NCBI GenBank assembly: GCA_963664225.1
Contig: OY760937.1
Location: 960,001 to 1,024,000 of the forward strand
Length of the DNA: 64,000 nucleotides
Source: Verrucomicrobiia bacterium
GTDB taxonomy: Bacteria > Verrucomicrobiota > Verrucomicrobiia > Limisphaerales > UBA1319
Reading direction: 5' to 3'
Shown here: in pieces, positions 9,817-19,132 of the stretch
Layout: each line of letters begins with the position of its first letter
Numbering within the stretch: the first letter of the stretch is position 1
Translations under genes and position numbers: made by a program
The notes under the pieces: generated by a model
What the model was told of the DNA's origin: nothing
Database searches by the model: none
Seen by the model: the letters and a program-made list of their open reading frames with translations, nothing else

Positions 9817-10224
9817 AGGGGTGATGTCCTCGAATATCCGCAAAATCAAATTTGCCGAATTTTGGTCCGGCATCCAATGTGTAATCTGAAAGACTTTGTT
9901 GTTACAGAGATCGACCGTTTCCAAGATTCCAGAAAACTTCCGCCCCGTCTGTTTTTTAAATGGGCAATTGGGGCATTTAAGTTTGTCGTCCTTATATGTT
10001 TTCCAGCAGGGGCTGCCGGTTTTTGTATTCGGGAAGAGTTTTTCCAGCGCTTTGTTTCTGAAGACGACACGACCCTTCAAATCGATCAGATCGATGCCAA
10101 TCGGAAAAGCATTGAGCAAGTCGCCATTGAACATCAGGTCTGAAAATTGAGACGACTCCTTTCCTATGTGATCCTGAGCGCCATTGGATTTGCGCGGGTT
10201 TCGTGATTTTGGGTCTCGCTTCAT
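9817..10224 (-). pseudogene. 5' part of the interrupted histidine kinase (Cys-containing PAS domain)
   Basis: ATG 10224 preceded by a purine-rich GAGAGGA. PAS pattern LLNAFPIGIDLIDLKGRVVFRNKALEKLF...ILRIFEDIT ends exactly at the IS junction. Confidence 0.8.
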
Positions 10225-10519
10225 TCCTCTCAAGAAAACAGGCCGTTCTGGCTGGTTTGAGGCAAAAATGCCCACACATGAGACAGCGATCAAGGAGAAT
10301 GTTTTCCGATTCAGTGGGAATTGCGGTTGGTGCAATTTGGGTTCGGATGCATGGAATTCGCGTGAATGATTCTGGTGGCGCGTCATTTGGATTGCCACTA
10401 AAGTGGTCCTGCGATGCGGTCGGTCCGGCGTAAATCGGGCGAAATATGGTTCGACCGATGGTGGAGTAAACTGAGAAGGCATGGAAGACCGCCTTTTTTA
10501 TTATAGCGATAGAGATGAT

Positions 10520-11407
10520 ATGAGCTTATACGCGCATCCCGGGGTTTTGGTGGAAACACAATGGGTCAAGGACCACCTGAATCAGCGTGGGCTGAAAGTT
10601 ATTGAAGTTGGACTTAACACACACGCGCATGAGGCGGGCCATATCCCGGGTTCGATTCCCATGAATTGGCATGCGGACCTTCAGGATCCCGTTCGAAGGG
10701 ATTTTATCGGGCGCGACGGTTTTGCACGCCTTGCCGCCGGGGTGGGGATCAGCCCATCGGACACGGTGGTGTTCTATGGCGATCAAAGCAATTGGTTTGC
10801 GGCTTATGGTTTTTGGCTCTTCAAATACTTCGGACATCGGGATGTGCGCCTGATGAATGGAGGCCGGTTGAAATGGTTTAATGAGGAGGATCGCCCGATC
10901 GTGGTGAACGACACCCTGGTGAAGGCCGGTGAATATGAAGTGGCTGACGTGGACGTGTCCATTCAAGCAAATATCAACGATGTTCTGGAGGCCTGCGAAT
11001 CGGGAAATCACAATATCATCGATGCGCGTGTGGCCGACGAATTTTCGGGGAAAATGATCGCCCCGCCCGGATTGAATGAAACCGCAATGCGCGGCGGGCA
11101 TATTCCAGGAGCGATTAATATTACGTGGAACGCGATGGTTCAGCAGGACGGCACCTTCAAATCCGCTCAGGAATTGCGCGCGCTGATGTTCGAGCAAAAA
11201 GGCTTGGACCCTCACAAGCCGACAATCACTTATTGCCGGATTGGCGAACGCTCCTGCCTGACATGGTTTGTGTTGAAGTATTTGCTGGGCGTTAAAAAGG
11301 TGGCCAACTATTACGGGGGATGGGTCGAGTATGGGAATATGATCGGCCTGCCGATCGAATTGCCCGCCAGCGCGTCCAAGACGGAAGAAATACCTGTGAT
11401 GCTCTAA
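10520..11407 (+). CDS. Thiosulfate sulfurtransferase (tandem rhodanese, SseA/CysA-type)
   Basis: GHIPG occurs twice; active-site loop YCRIGERS; C-terminal GGWVEYG. Start moved to MSLYAHP. Confidence 0.92.
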   Translation: MSLYAHPGVLVETQWVKDHLNQRGLKVIEVGLNTHAHEAGHIPGSIPMNWHADLQDPVRRDFIGRDGFARLAAGVGISPSDTVVFYGDQSNWFAAYGFWLFKYFGHRDVRLMNGGRLKWFNEEDRPIVVNDTLVKAGEYEVADVDVSIQANINDVLEACESGNHNIIDARVADEFSGKMIAPPGLNETAMRGGHIPGAINITWNAMVQQDGTFKSAQELRALMFEQKGLDPHKPTITYCRIGERSCLTWFVLKYLLGVKKVANYYGGWVEYGNMIGLPIELPASASKTEEIPVML

Positions 11408-11432
11408 AAGTCACAAGTTTTCGATATCGCGA

Positions 11433-12266
11433 CTACCGGCCAAAGGCCATTTTCAGGCAGGCCAGGCTTTTAGTGGCAATGGCTTCCGGTCCTTCGTCGA
11501 AATTGAATACTTCCACGGAGACAAAACCCTTGTAACCCACGGTGGCGAGGGTGCCAGCGATGGGTTTGAAGTCCACTTGCCCGAATCCCGGGCCTTTCAG
11601 ATTGGGATCGTTGGCGTGGAAGTAGCCCACATGATCGGCGGATTCCTCAATGATTTGTGTGATGGCTTTGGCTTCGGAGCTCATCGCCTTGACGTCCAAA
11701 ATGATTTTGAAATTGGGGCTATTGAGTTGTTTTATGAATCGCACCGCTTCGGCGGCGGTGTTGATGAAATTGGTCTCCACCGGCGATAATGGTTCCAAAC
11801 AAATGGTCACCCCGCGCTTTTCGGCCCGCGCCACCGGTTCGCGAAAGGTATCCAGCGCCCATTGCCAGGCCTGCTCGTAGGAGACTCCGTCCATGACATT
11901 GCGCTGCTTGGGCGATCCCACCACCATGAAGCGCCCCCCGATGTCGGCGCAGAAATCAACCAACTCACAAAAATAATCACGGGTCCGTTCGCGTATGGAG
12001 TGATCCGGATGGTTGATGTAGAGACCGGCTGGTTTGACGAGCACCCAGTGAATGCCGGAGATTTGAATGCCCGCCTGAGCCGCATTTTCGCGAATGGCCT
12101 TGCGCTGGAGCGCCGAAATGTCGGTGACGGTTTCCGCCAGGGTAAACGGAGAGATTTCAACCGCGTCGTAGCCCGTGACCGCCGCAAAACGAAAGGTCTT
12201 GTCGAGGCTCCAACCCTGAAAGATCTCGTTGCAGATCGCAAATTGAATGGGGTGTTGTTCGCGCAT
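11433..12266 (-). CDS. Sugar phosphate isomerase/epimerase (ketose 3-epimerase-like, AP2/TIM barrel)
   Basis: LEPLSPVETNFINT, YFHAND, GPGFGQVDF and VSVEVF motifs. Confidence 0.85.
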   Translation of the reverse strand: MREQHPIQFAICNEIFQGWSLDKTFRFAAVTGYDAVEISPFTLAETVTDISALQRKAIRENAAQAGIQISGIHWVLVKPAGLYINHPDHSIRERTRDYFCELVDFCADIGGRFMVVGSPKQRNVMDGVSYEQAWQWALDTFREPVARAEKRGVTICLEPLSPVETNFINTAAEAVRFIKQLNSPNFKIILDVKAMSSEAKAITQIIEESADHVGYFHANDPNLKGPGFGQVDFKPIAGTLATVGYKGFVSVEVFNFDEGPEAIATKSLACLKMAFGR

Positions 12267-12352
12267 GGACGTGAAGATGGCAAAAGAAACCCTTCAGGGC
12301 AAGATCAGCGCTTGACCCGGAGGCAGGGCCAGCGTCAGATTTTGCTGTGCAA

Positions 12353-13453
12353 ATGACCTCTCAAGAACAAGCAGCCAACGCCCGGCCTTGCCGGGCGGAT
12401 GAGGCGTTCACGCCATTGGTCAGCGTCATCATTCTCAATTACAATGGAAGCAAGTGGCTGGAGCGGTGTCTGGAAACGTTGAAAGCGCAGACCATTTTTT
12501 CCCAATTGGAGGTCATCCTGGCGGACAACCTCTCCACGGATGGCTCGGATGTTTTGGCGGCGCGCCTGATCGAGGGTTGGACCAATGGCCGTTTTGTTCA
12601 AAACGGGGCGAACCTGGGTTTTTGCGAAGGGAATAACCGTCCTGCGTCGCAGGCCCGGGGTGAGTTCTTATTTTTCCTGAATAACGACACATGGCTCGAG
12701 CCGGGCTGCATGGAGATGCTGGTTCGGGAGGTGCGCGCGCATGGGGCCCATGGCGGAGGGCCGTTGGTCCTGAATTACGCGGATGACTCCTTCCAATCGC
12801 TCGGCGCGGATGGTTTTGATGTTTTTGGGCTGCCATCGCCCCGGCGATCATGGTCAGGTGTTCAACCGGTGTTAATGCCGGAGGGCTGCGCCTTTCTGAT
12901 CGAGCGACGGGTATTTGTCGAGATTGGCGGATTCAACGCGGATTTTTTCATGTACGCGGATGAATACGATCTGGCTTTTCGCGCATGGATTGCCGGTTAC
13001 CGTCTGGTGGCGGTACCATCCGCGCGTCTGCATCACAGGGGCGCGGCGAATGTGAATCCCAAGGGGGCTGGCGCGGTCGAGGAGTTCCGCACGAGCGCCC
13101 AGGTGCGTTTCTTTAGCAACCGTAACTGTCTGTTGCTATGGCTGCAGAATGCCCAGCACCTGTTCCTGGTGGTGGCTTTTTTGCAGGTGTCGATGCTCTT
13201 TTTGGAATCCCTGATAGCGCTGGTCCTGATTCGTGACATGACCTTTGTGAGGAAAGGCTATTTTGGCGCGATTGCGGATTGCTGGCGGCTGCGGCGACAC
13301 ATCAAGACAACCCGCCACCGGGTGGCCAGATACCGCCGACGCGGCGACGGGTGGATGCTGCGTTTCCTGGGCTGGCGGTTAAGCCGCTGGCAACAATTTC
13401 AAATGATGCGCGCCATGGGAATCCCCAAGGTGAATACCAATCCAAAAAAGTAA
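12353..13453 (+). CDS. Glycosyltransferase family 2
   Basis: VSVIILNYNG, DNLSTDGS, NLGFCEGNN, FLNNDT and FFMYADEYDL motifs. Confidence 0.9.
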   Translation: MTSQEQAANARPCRADEAFTPLVSVIILNYNGSKWLERCLETLKAQTIFSQLEVILADNLSTDGSDVLAARLIEGWTNGRFVQNGANLGFCEGNNRPASQARGEFLFFLNNDTWLEPGCMEMLVREVRAHGAHGGGPLVLNYADDSFQSLGADGFDVFGLPSPRRSWSGVQPVLMPEGCAFLIERRVFVEIGGFNADFFMYADEYDLAFRAWIAGYRLVAVPSARLHHRGAANVNPKGAGAVEEFRTSAQVRFFSNRNCLLLWLQNAQHLFLVVAFLQVSMLFLESLIALVLIRDMTFVRKGYFGAIADCWRLRRHIKTTRHRVARYRRRGDGWMLRFLGWRLSRWQQFQMMRAMGIPKVNTNPKK

Positions 13454-13469
13454 CCCCGCTCGATGGATC

Positions 13470-13500
13470 GGGGGCTGCTGTAACAAAACAGACAGCCCCC
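13470..13500. terminator. Hairpin between convergent genes, probable terminator
   Basis: GGGGGCTG...CAGCCCCC inverted repeat between two convergent stop codons. Confidence 0.55.
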
Positions 13501-13529
13501 AAGTCGCAGGCGCGCGTTTGAATCAGGAT

Positions 13530-14915
13530 CTATTTCAAACGATACGGCTCGCGCAGCGAGCGCATTTTCAAACGGCTATCAGCTTCGCCATCTTTGACGA
13601 ATTTTTCCCTGACGGGATTCCAGGTCAGTTTGCGTTCCAAACGCGTGGCGATATCGCTGAGATGGCAGAGCGTGTCCGCCTGAACGGCTTCTTCGATGGG
13701 GCAGATCGCGGGTTTGCGACTGAGTACGCTTTCGAGGAAGTTTTTCGCGTGATTGGAGCTTTCGATCAGGTGCAAATCACTGGCCTTGGGTTTCTCCTCC
13801 ACCAGTCCCTCCGGCGATGTGATGATGGTGGTGCGATCCACCAGTACCCATCCGTCCGTACCCTCAAATGCGGTGCCGTGATCGACGATTTTGCCGTATT
13901 TTTTCTGCCATTCGCCCAGATCGTTCATGGGAAGGATTTTGTCATAACCATTGCGGGTGCCGCGGTAGGTCATGCGTACACCGTCGGGGAATTGAAAGTT
14001 AACATCCCAGGCCACGGACGTGTTGCAGGCGCCAGTTGTGGGAATGATGGCCTTGCCTTCCACATCGAAGGGGGCCTTCATCATTTCTGGGCAACCCCAA
14101 AGGGCGATGTCCAGCGGATGCACACCCCAGCCCGCGATGAATCCCAGCGCATAATCGTAATTAAACCACCAGGTTTTATAAGATTGGGCCGGTGGGCTAT
14201 CGACGCATTTGCCTTCTGTGTGCGGCGTTTTGGGCGCCGGACCGAGCCATTTTTCGTAATCAATTCCTTCGGGAACTGGTGCTTCCTTGGTCGAGCCTCC
14301 CGGAGTACTGGCCGAGCACCAGACATTGATCTGTTTCAGTTTTCCGATCCGCCCGTTGCGGACCAATTCGCAGGCCTTCCGAAATTGTTCACTGGAACGC
14401 TGCTGTGTGCCAAATTGAAAAATAAGCTCATTCTTCTGCATGAGTTTGCGCAATATCTGGTCTTCCTGGACAGACAGGCCCATCGGCTTCTCAAGGTAAA
14501 TATCCTTGTTCGCGCGGGCTGCCGCCACGGATACGGGCACATGCCATTGATCGGTGGTTGCGATGAGCACGGCATCGATGTCCTTGCGCGCGAGCAACGC
14601 CTCGTAGTCGTGATAAGTGGCGCAATCCTGGTTTTTATACTGGTCGTTGACCTGTTTGCGGGCGATTTCGAGGTGGTTTTTGTTGACGTCACACACCGCC
14701 ACCACCTGTGCCAGGGGCAGATTCAGGAAGTTGGCCATGTCGCCGCGACCTTGCGGGCCGTTGCCGATGCAGCCTACCACCACGCGATTGCTGGGGGCCA
14801 CTTTGCCCTCCTTGCCAAAGATCGTCGCGGGCAGGATTGTTGGAAATGTGGAAGCCGCCAGGGCCATCGCCAGGTGTCCCTTCAAGAAATGGCGGCGGGT
14901 TATTTTTGTGTTCAT
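13530..14915 (-). CDS. Tat-exported Gfo/Idh/MocA oxidoreductase
   Basis: TRRHFLK twin-arginine signal, CIGNGPQG, YLEKP, FGTQQRS and GWGVHPLD. Confidence 0.9.
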   Translation of the reverse strand: MNTKITRRHFLKGHLAMALAASTFPTILPATIFGKEGKVAPSNRVVVGCIGNGPQGRGDMANFLNLPLAQVVAVCDVNKNHLEIARKQVNDQYKNQDCATYHDYEALLARKDIDAVLIATTDQWHVPVSVAAARANKDIYLEKPMGLSVQEDQILRKLMQKNELIFQFGTQQRSSEQFRKACELVRNGRIGKLKQINVWCSASTPGGSTKEAPVPEGIDYEKWLGPAPKTPHTEGKCVDSPPAQSYKTWWFNYDYALGFIAGWGVHPLDIALWGCPEMMKAPFDVEGKAIIPTTGACNTSVAWDVNFQFPDGVRMTYRGTRNGYDKILPMNDLGEWQKKYGKIVDHGTAFEGTDGWVLVDRTTIITSPEGLVEEKPKASDLHLIESSNHAKNFLESVLSRKPAICPIEEAVQADTLCHLSDIATRLERKLTWNPVREKFVKDGEADSRLKMRSLREPYRLK

Positions 14916-15184
14916 AGGATGTGGGTTGTTCAGGAGAAATAATAGGCAATATTGGCTTCAAAACCAGCCTTTTTTCTGTGCGAAGCGGGCCTTCTTTGGC
15001 ACCTACCTAAACACACTGAATGCCCAAGTCCATTTCCCCAGGAGTCCGGTCGATAATGACCAGAGGCTCATCAGGAGCACAGGCATCACGATCCGTTTGC
15101 TTCAGAAGAATGCCAAAATAAACCCGCTGATGAACGCTCGTGAAACTACAGAATCCCCCAATTGGCCAGGACCATTTCAGTTTT

Positions 15185-15964
15185 TCAACCGATTTTCAGG
15201 CGCTTGAGCAATTCCACGGATAGGACTTCGTAAGCCGCGGACCCGGCGCTGTATTTGTCGTAGTGGATGATCGGCTTGCCGAAGCTAGGCGCTTCGGCCA
15301 GACGCGTGGCGCGCGGGATGACGGTGTCGAATACCAACTCCTTGAAATGCTGGCGAACCTCGCCCACCACCTGCTGGGACAATTTGGTGCGCGCATCGAA
15401 CATGGTCATGACCACGCCCAGGAGTTCCAGCCGCGTGTTCGCGCCCGAATCGCGGAGCTGGCCCAAAAGTCGGGTGATCATCGAGATGCCCTCCAGGGCG
15501 TAATACTCGCATTGCAGCGGAACCAGTAGCCAATCCGCCGAGGCAAACGCGTTCAGCGTGAGAATGCCTAGGGAAGGGGGGCAATCGATCAGGATGAGAT
15601 CGAACTGGCCGCTGTCGCGCACTGGTTGCATGGCCAGATTGAGCCGCTGAAGGTGGTTGTCCATGCGGGACAATTCAATATCCGCGCCACAGAGATCCAC
15701 TTCGCTGGGAATCACATGGAGCCGCTCGAATGCGGTGGGTTTGATTTTGTCCATGAGCGCGCCTTCGCCCAGCAGCACCTGATACACGCTGGCGCCTTCC
15801 ACTTTTTCCACTCCCACGCCGCTGGTGGCGTTGGCTTGTGGATCGACATCCAGGAGCAAAACACGCTGCCCCGCCGCAGCCAGGCATGCGGACAAATTAA
15901 CGGAGGTCGTGGTCTTTCCGACCCCGCCCTTCTGGTTTGCGATTGCGATTACATTCGTTGGCAC
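15185..15964 (-). CDS. parA: ParA/Soj family ATPase
   Basis: Deviant Walker A NQKGGVGKTTT, DVDPQAN, IDCPPSLG and LAEAPSFG. GTG start at 15964 is preferred over the track start, which lies in a repeat. Confidence 0.9.
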   Translation of the reverse strand: MPTNVIAIANQKGGVGKTTTSVNLSACLAAAGQRVLLLDVDPQANATSGVGVEKVEGASVYQVLLGEGALMDKIKPTAFERLHVIPSEVDLCGADIELSRMDNHLQRLNLAMQPVRDSGQFDLILIDCPPSLGILTLNAFASADWLLVPLQCEYYALEGISMITRLLGQLRDSGANTRLELLGVVMTMFDARTKLSQQVVGEVRQHFKELVFDTVIPRATRLAEAPSFGKPIIHYDKYSAGSAAYEVLSVELLKRLKIG

Positions 15965-16032
15965 AGGCCGACATTTAAGAAGATACTTCCCTGAGTGAAC
16001 AGCAAAAACGCGCTGGCTCAAATCGGCGGGAC

Positions 16033-16203
16033 GTAAGACAAGATTCTTCAGCGCCATGAGAACGCCAATAAAAGCGGATGGAAATATAGTCGTAACGATG
16101 ATACCAGGAATTTAACGAAAGTTGTTGCCGAAAACCGGACGTCGCACGAGGGCGCGTGGTATACAACATATTCAGGCGCATCACCTTGTAGGCCCGGTGC
16201 CCT
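16033..16203. repeat. Copy 1 of a ~171-bp dispersed intergenic element (copy 2 at 25950-26121)
   Basis: Manual alignment gives 19 substitutions and 1 indel over 172 positions. Confidence 0.92.
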
Positions 16204-16211
16204 CACCGGGC
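16188..16211 (+). repeat. GTAG-type REP hairpin GTAG-GCCCGGTG-CCCT-CACCGGGC
   Basis: GTAG tetranucleotide followed by a perfect 8-bp stem. Confidence 0.75.
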
Positions 16212-16362
16212 GTCTTCCGTGTTTTCGTCCTTTCTTGCATTTGCCGCCTACCTGAATTTTGTCCTGCCCCAAAATCGCCGGCTTGCATCACTGTCCCGGT
16301 TCGTTCAATCGCCTTTAGGTCATGGACAGTATTTGTCCAAGGGTGCGCGTCATAATGCGCGC

Positions 16363-16581
16363 ATGATGTTGCTTTTTAACAGGCCTGGTGTCGGCAGGCA
16401 AAAGTTGATCGCGTGCTTTGGCAAGGCCCGGCTTATTGAGGAAGCTGATGGAAGTTATACCCTGCGTGGAGGCACGGCCAACGACCAGGTGATGGCCAAC
16501 GAATGGATTTCGCTGTTCCTGCACGAAGCGGTGCCGCGCTGCGAATCAAGATCCAAGGCCGTGTCGGGCTGCTTGCGATGA
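16363..16581 (+). CDS. Small hypothetical protein (72 aa)
   Basis: Fills the intergenic gap; protein-like sequence IACFGKARL...LRGG...EWISLFLHEAV. Start set at ATG 16363. Confidence 0.55.
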   Translation: MMLLFNRPGVGRQKLIACFGKARLIEEADGSYTLRGGTANDQVMANEWISLFLHEAVPRCESRSKAVSGCLR

Positions 16582-16596
16582 TGCGCCGAAGGACGG

Positions 16597-17757
16597 TTAC
16601 AATGCGCGTCTGAGTATTTCCACGACCTCCGCGGTGGTCAGCAGAATCGGATTGGCCTTCATGCTGCTGGCGGCGCTTGCTTTGGAAGCCAGTTTTTCAA
16701 AGTGGCTGGCGGTTACGCCGTAATGAGAAAGGGTTGGAATGGAGAGTTCCCGGGCCGTTTCCGCAGTCCAGGCAACGGCATCGGCCGCTGTGGCACGGGG
16801 ATTTTGGGTCAGAATTTGCGCGATTTCCTCGAAACGATGCGCTGCCGGGTGATTGGGGGCGCGCGCCGAAATGGCGCTGAGATTCACCGCCATGACCTGC
16901 GGCAGAAGCGCGGCGCACAGCGCTCCATGGGGAGCATCAAACATCCCCCCCAGGGGTCCCGCCAGACCATGAACCGCGCCCAGTCCGGCATTGGCAAGGG
17001 CCAGTCCACTCAAGACGGCGGCCAGCGACATGTCCTCGCGCGCCGCAAGGTCGCTGCCATTCTTAAAGGCGGTTTTAAGGGATCGTGCCGCATGCCCAAG
17101 TCCCTCACGACAGAAGCTGTCGGTGATCGGATTGGACCGTGAACAAACGTAAGCCTCCAATAACTGCGTCAGCGCATCCATTCCCGTGCAGGCCGTCAGA
17201 AGCGGCGGCATGTCCAGGGTCAACTGCGGATCGATCAAGGCCACGCGCGGCAACATGGAGACGTGCCGGATGCTTGCCTTGACGCGGTGTTCGGGCGAGG
17301 CGATGACGGCGTTGCGCGTGACTTCCGAGCCAGTGCCAGCCGTGGTGGGAATGGCAATGCAGGGCAGGGCGGGCTTTTGCAGAGGCTGTCCTCGACCCAC
17401 CACTTCCAGATAGTCAAAGAGGTTGCCGTCGTTGGCTGCGATGGCTGCAATGGCTTTGGCCGTGTCAATGGAGGAACCGCCTCCAACCCCTATGATCAGG
17501 TCAACACCCTCGGATTTTGCGCGAGCGGCTCCCTTTGCGATGTTCTGGGTATCGGGTTCGCCGGAAACGGAAAACACGGAACTGGACAGGCCCGCTTCGG
17601 TCAACTGCGCCAATATGGAATCCGCATGGCGTGCTTTGCGCCCGGTGACAATGAGGGCGCGGCGTCCAAGATTATTGGCCGCCGGACCCAATTCCTGGAT
17701 GGCTCCGGCCCCAAAAATAATGCGGCCTGCAGAGGCGAATTCGAACCGTGCGGTCAT
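16597..17757 (-). CDS. Iron-containing alcohol dehydrogenase
   Basis: GGGSSID, PTTAGTGSEVT, GMDALTQ, GAVHGLA and HGALCA. The start overlaps the upstream stop codon (TAATG). Confidence 0.92.
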   Translation of the reverse strand: MTARFEFASAGRIIFGAGAIQELGPAANNLGRRALIVTGRKARHADSILAQLTEAGLSSSVFSVSGEPDTQNIAKGAARAKSEGVDLIIGVGGGSSIDTAKAIAAIAANDGNLFDYLEVVGRGQPLQKPALPCIAIPTTAGTGSEVTRNAVIASPEHRVKASIRHVSMLPRVALIDPQLTLDMPPLLTACTGMDALTQLLEAYVCSRSNPITDSFCREGLGHAARSLKTAFKNGSDLAAREDMSLAAVLSGLALANAGLGAVHGLAGPLGGMFDAPHGALCAALLPQVMAVNLSAISARAPNHPAAHRFEEIAQILTQNPRATAADAVAWTAETARELSIPTLSHYGVTASHFEKLASKASAASSMKANPILLTTAEVVEILRRAL

Positions 17758-18050
17758 TAATCTGGATTCATCCACGCGAATTTCTGGCTGGTGCGCGGAA
17801 TTGCCATCATTGTTTCCACCGTATCGCGCCATATTTTGTAATGCGCGGTTTCCTTGTGGCGGGCGGGATCCTCTGTTGTGCGATAGGCCTCGACCAGCGT
17901 GAACCGGGCCGGATCGTCGGCGCGCTGAAGAACATCAAACCGCGCGACACCGGGTTCCTTTCGGCTGGCGCGCGCATTTTCCATGCTGGCAGTTTGGAAT
18001 GCTTCAATGCACTCCGGTTTGACCTGAATATCCACCAATACCGTTAACAT
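17757..18050 (-). CDS. Antibiotic biosynthesis monooxygenase family (LsrG-like)
   Basis: [21 protein letters not shown] and HKETAHY motifs. Confidence 0.88.
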   Translation of the reverse strand: MLTVLVDIQVKPECIEAFQTASMENARASRKEPGVARFDVLQRADDPARFTLVEAYRTTEDPARHKETAHYKIWRDTVETMMAIPRTSQKFAWMNPD

Positions 18051-18080
18051 GGGCGTATCCTTTCCTGTTCGCATCACACT

Positions 18081-19115
18081 CTATTTTTGCGCCAGCAAAG
18101 CATTGAGCTTGGACATGACCGCAAAGGCGTCTGCCACATAGAGCACATCGGCCTTGCCGCGCGCCCAGCCGCAATTGGGATCGAGATTGATGGCGCGGCG
18201 TTCGTTAATGAAACGCCAGCCGACAGTGTGCGGTTCCTCGCCGTGGCAGCAAGTGGCCAGTCCCTTTTGATGGCGCGGAGTTGAGCCGGTCTGGCCAATT
18301 TGATTCAAGTGCGTGAGGAAGGGCAGGACTGCCTGACCTTCGCCGCTCAGATCGACCAGCGATTTGCTGCTGCCCAACGAAGCCCGTGTGACATGCAGAA
18401 AATCCATGATCAAGGTTTCCGCCTCTTTGACGTGTGGTTGGCCGTCCGCCTGTTTCTTGGTCCAACCGGCTCCGGTGACGAACAATAACGCCGCCTCGGG
18501 CCGGATGGTTTGCTGATCCGCCGGTGGGGATTGAAATCCCGTCACTCGTGTTCGCTGGGCTTCCGCTCCGAGGGTTAAAGGCAACATCTCAACCACAACC
18601 GGTTTGCCGGTTCCCTGGAAAGGAACGGCGGAACCCGCGTCCATGAGCATGATCCACGGGCGTTGATTGCGTTGCAGTGTTCCCTCAATGCGTTGGCGAT
18701 AATACCAGCGGTTTGTGGCAACCTTGCCATCGTTCACGGGAATGCCGCTCACATGGGTGTCCACGCGACCGTTGAGACGCAATGCCACTCCGGCCATGGC
18801 GCGCGCAAAACGGGAAGTATGCGCGGCAATGACGATGGTCGCCTGTGCGGTGGTGCATAAGGCCTGTGCGGCCGCGGCGTCTGTCGCGTAATGGGCATCG
18901 CGCAGGGATTCATGACGGACACCGATAAACCTGGTGGCGCCGCAGGAAGCAATGCTGTCAGCGGTGGCTTGAACTTCCGGCCCCATCAAACCGACGACCA
19001 GTGGGGCGTTGTTCAGGGATTGTGCCAGCGTCTGCGCAGAGGCCAGGGCTTCCAATGCCGGTTTGGCGAGCGTGCCGTCCGGCTCTGTATGTGCGAGAAA
19101 TAGCAGGGTTTCCAT
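18081..19115 (-). CDS. etfA: Electron transfer flavoprotein alpha subunit (divergent)
   Basis: NQIGQTG, AINLDP and ADVLYVADA C-terminal FAD-domain patterns; follows etfB. Confidence 0.8.
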   Translation of the reverse strand: METLLFLAHTEPDGTLAKPALEALASAQTLAQSLNNAPLVVGLMGPEVQATADSIASCGATRFIGVRHESLRDAHYATDAAAAQALCTTAQATIVIAAHTSRFARAMAGVALRLNGRVDTHVSGIPVNDGKVATNRWYYRQRIEGTLQRNQRPWIMLMDAGSAVPFQGTGKPVVVEMLPLTLGAEAQRTRVTGFQSPPADQQTIRPEAALLFVTGAGWTKKQADGQPHVKEAETLIMDFLHVTRASLGSSKSLVDLSGEGQAVLPFLTHLNQIGQTGSTPRHQKGLATCCHGEEPHTVGWRFINERRAINLDPNCGWARGKADVLYVADAFAVMSKLNALLAQK

Positions 19116-19132
19116 GGTAATAAAGGGAGAAA

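Larger units (their letters stand above)
8203..9818 (-). mobile_element. IS110-family insertion sequence, 1614 bp plus duplicated CT core (AG at 8203-8204 and 9817-9818 on +)
   Basis: Transposase gene, ~310-bp upstream non-coding end and ~50-bp downstream end. Removing the element plus one CT restores in-frame ...FEDITPHPQAQEALRES..., matching the spacing of the PAS linker consensus DITxxxQAEEAL. Confidence 0.9.

Noticed and set aside
8197..9824. TCACCCC at both IS junctions as a 7-bp target-site duplication
   Set aside because: Excision on that repeat frameshifts the kinase. The CT-core model restores frame and linker spacing and agrees with the RNA guides.
8254..10482. 742-aa ORF as a natural PAS-transposase gene
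   Set aside because: It is a chimera of the interrupted kinase 5' end, the IS non-coding end and the transposase, which has its own RBS and ATG at 9504.
16044..16051. CUGAAGA in the duplicated element as a hammerhead ribozyme core
   Set aside because: No correctly placed GAAA, stem III or NUH cleavage site was found.
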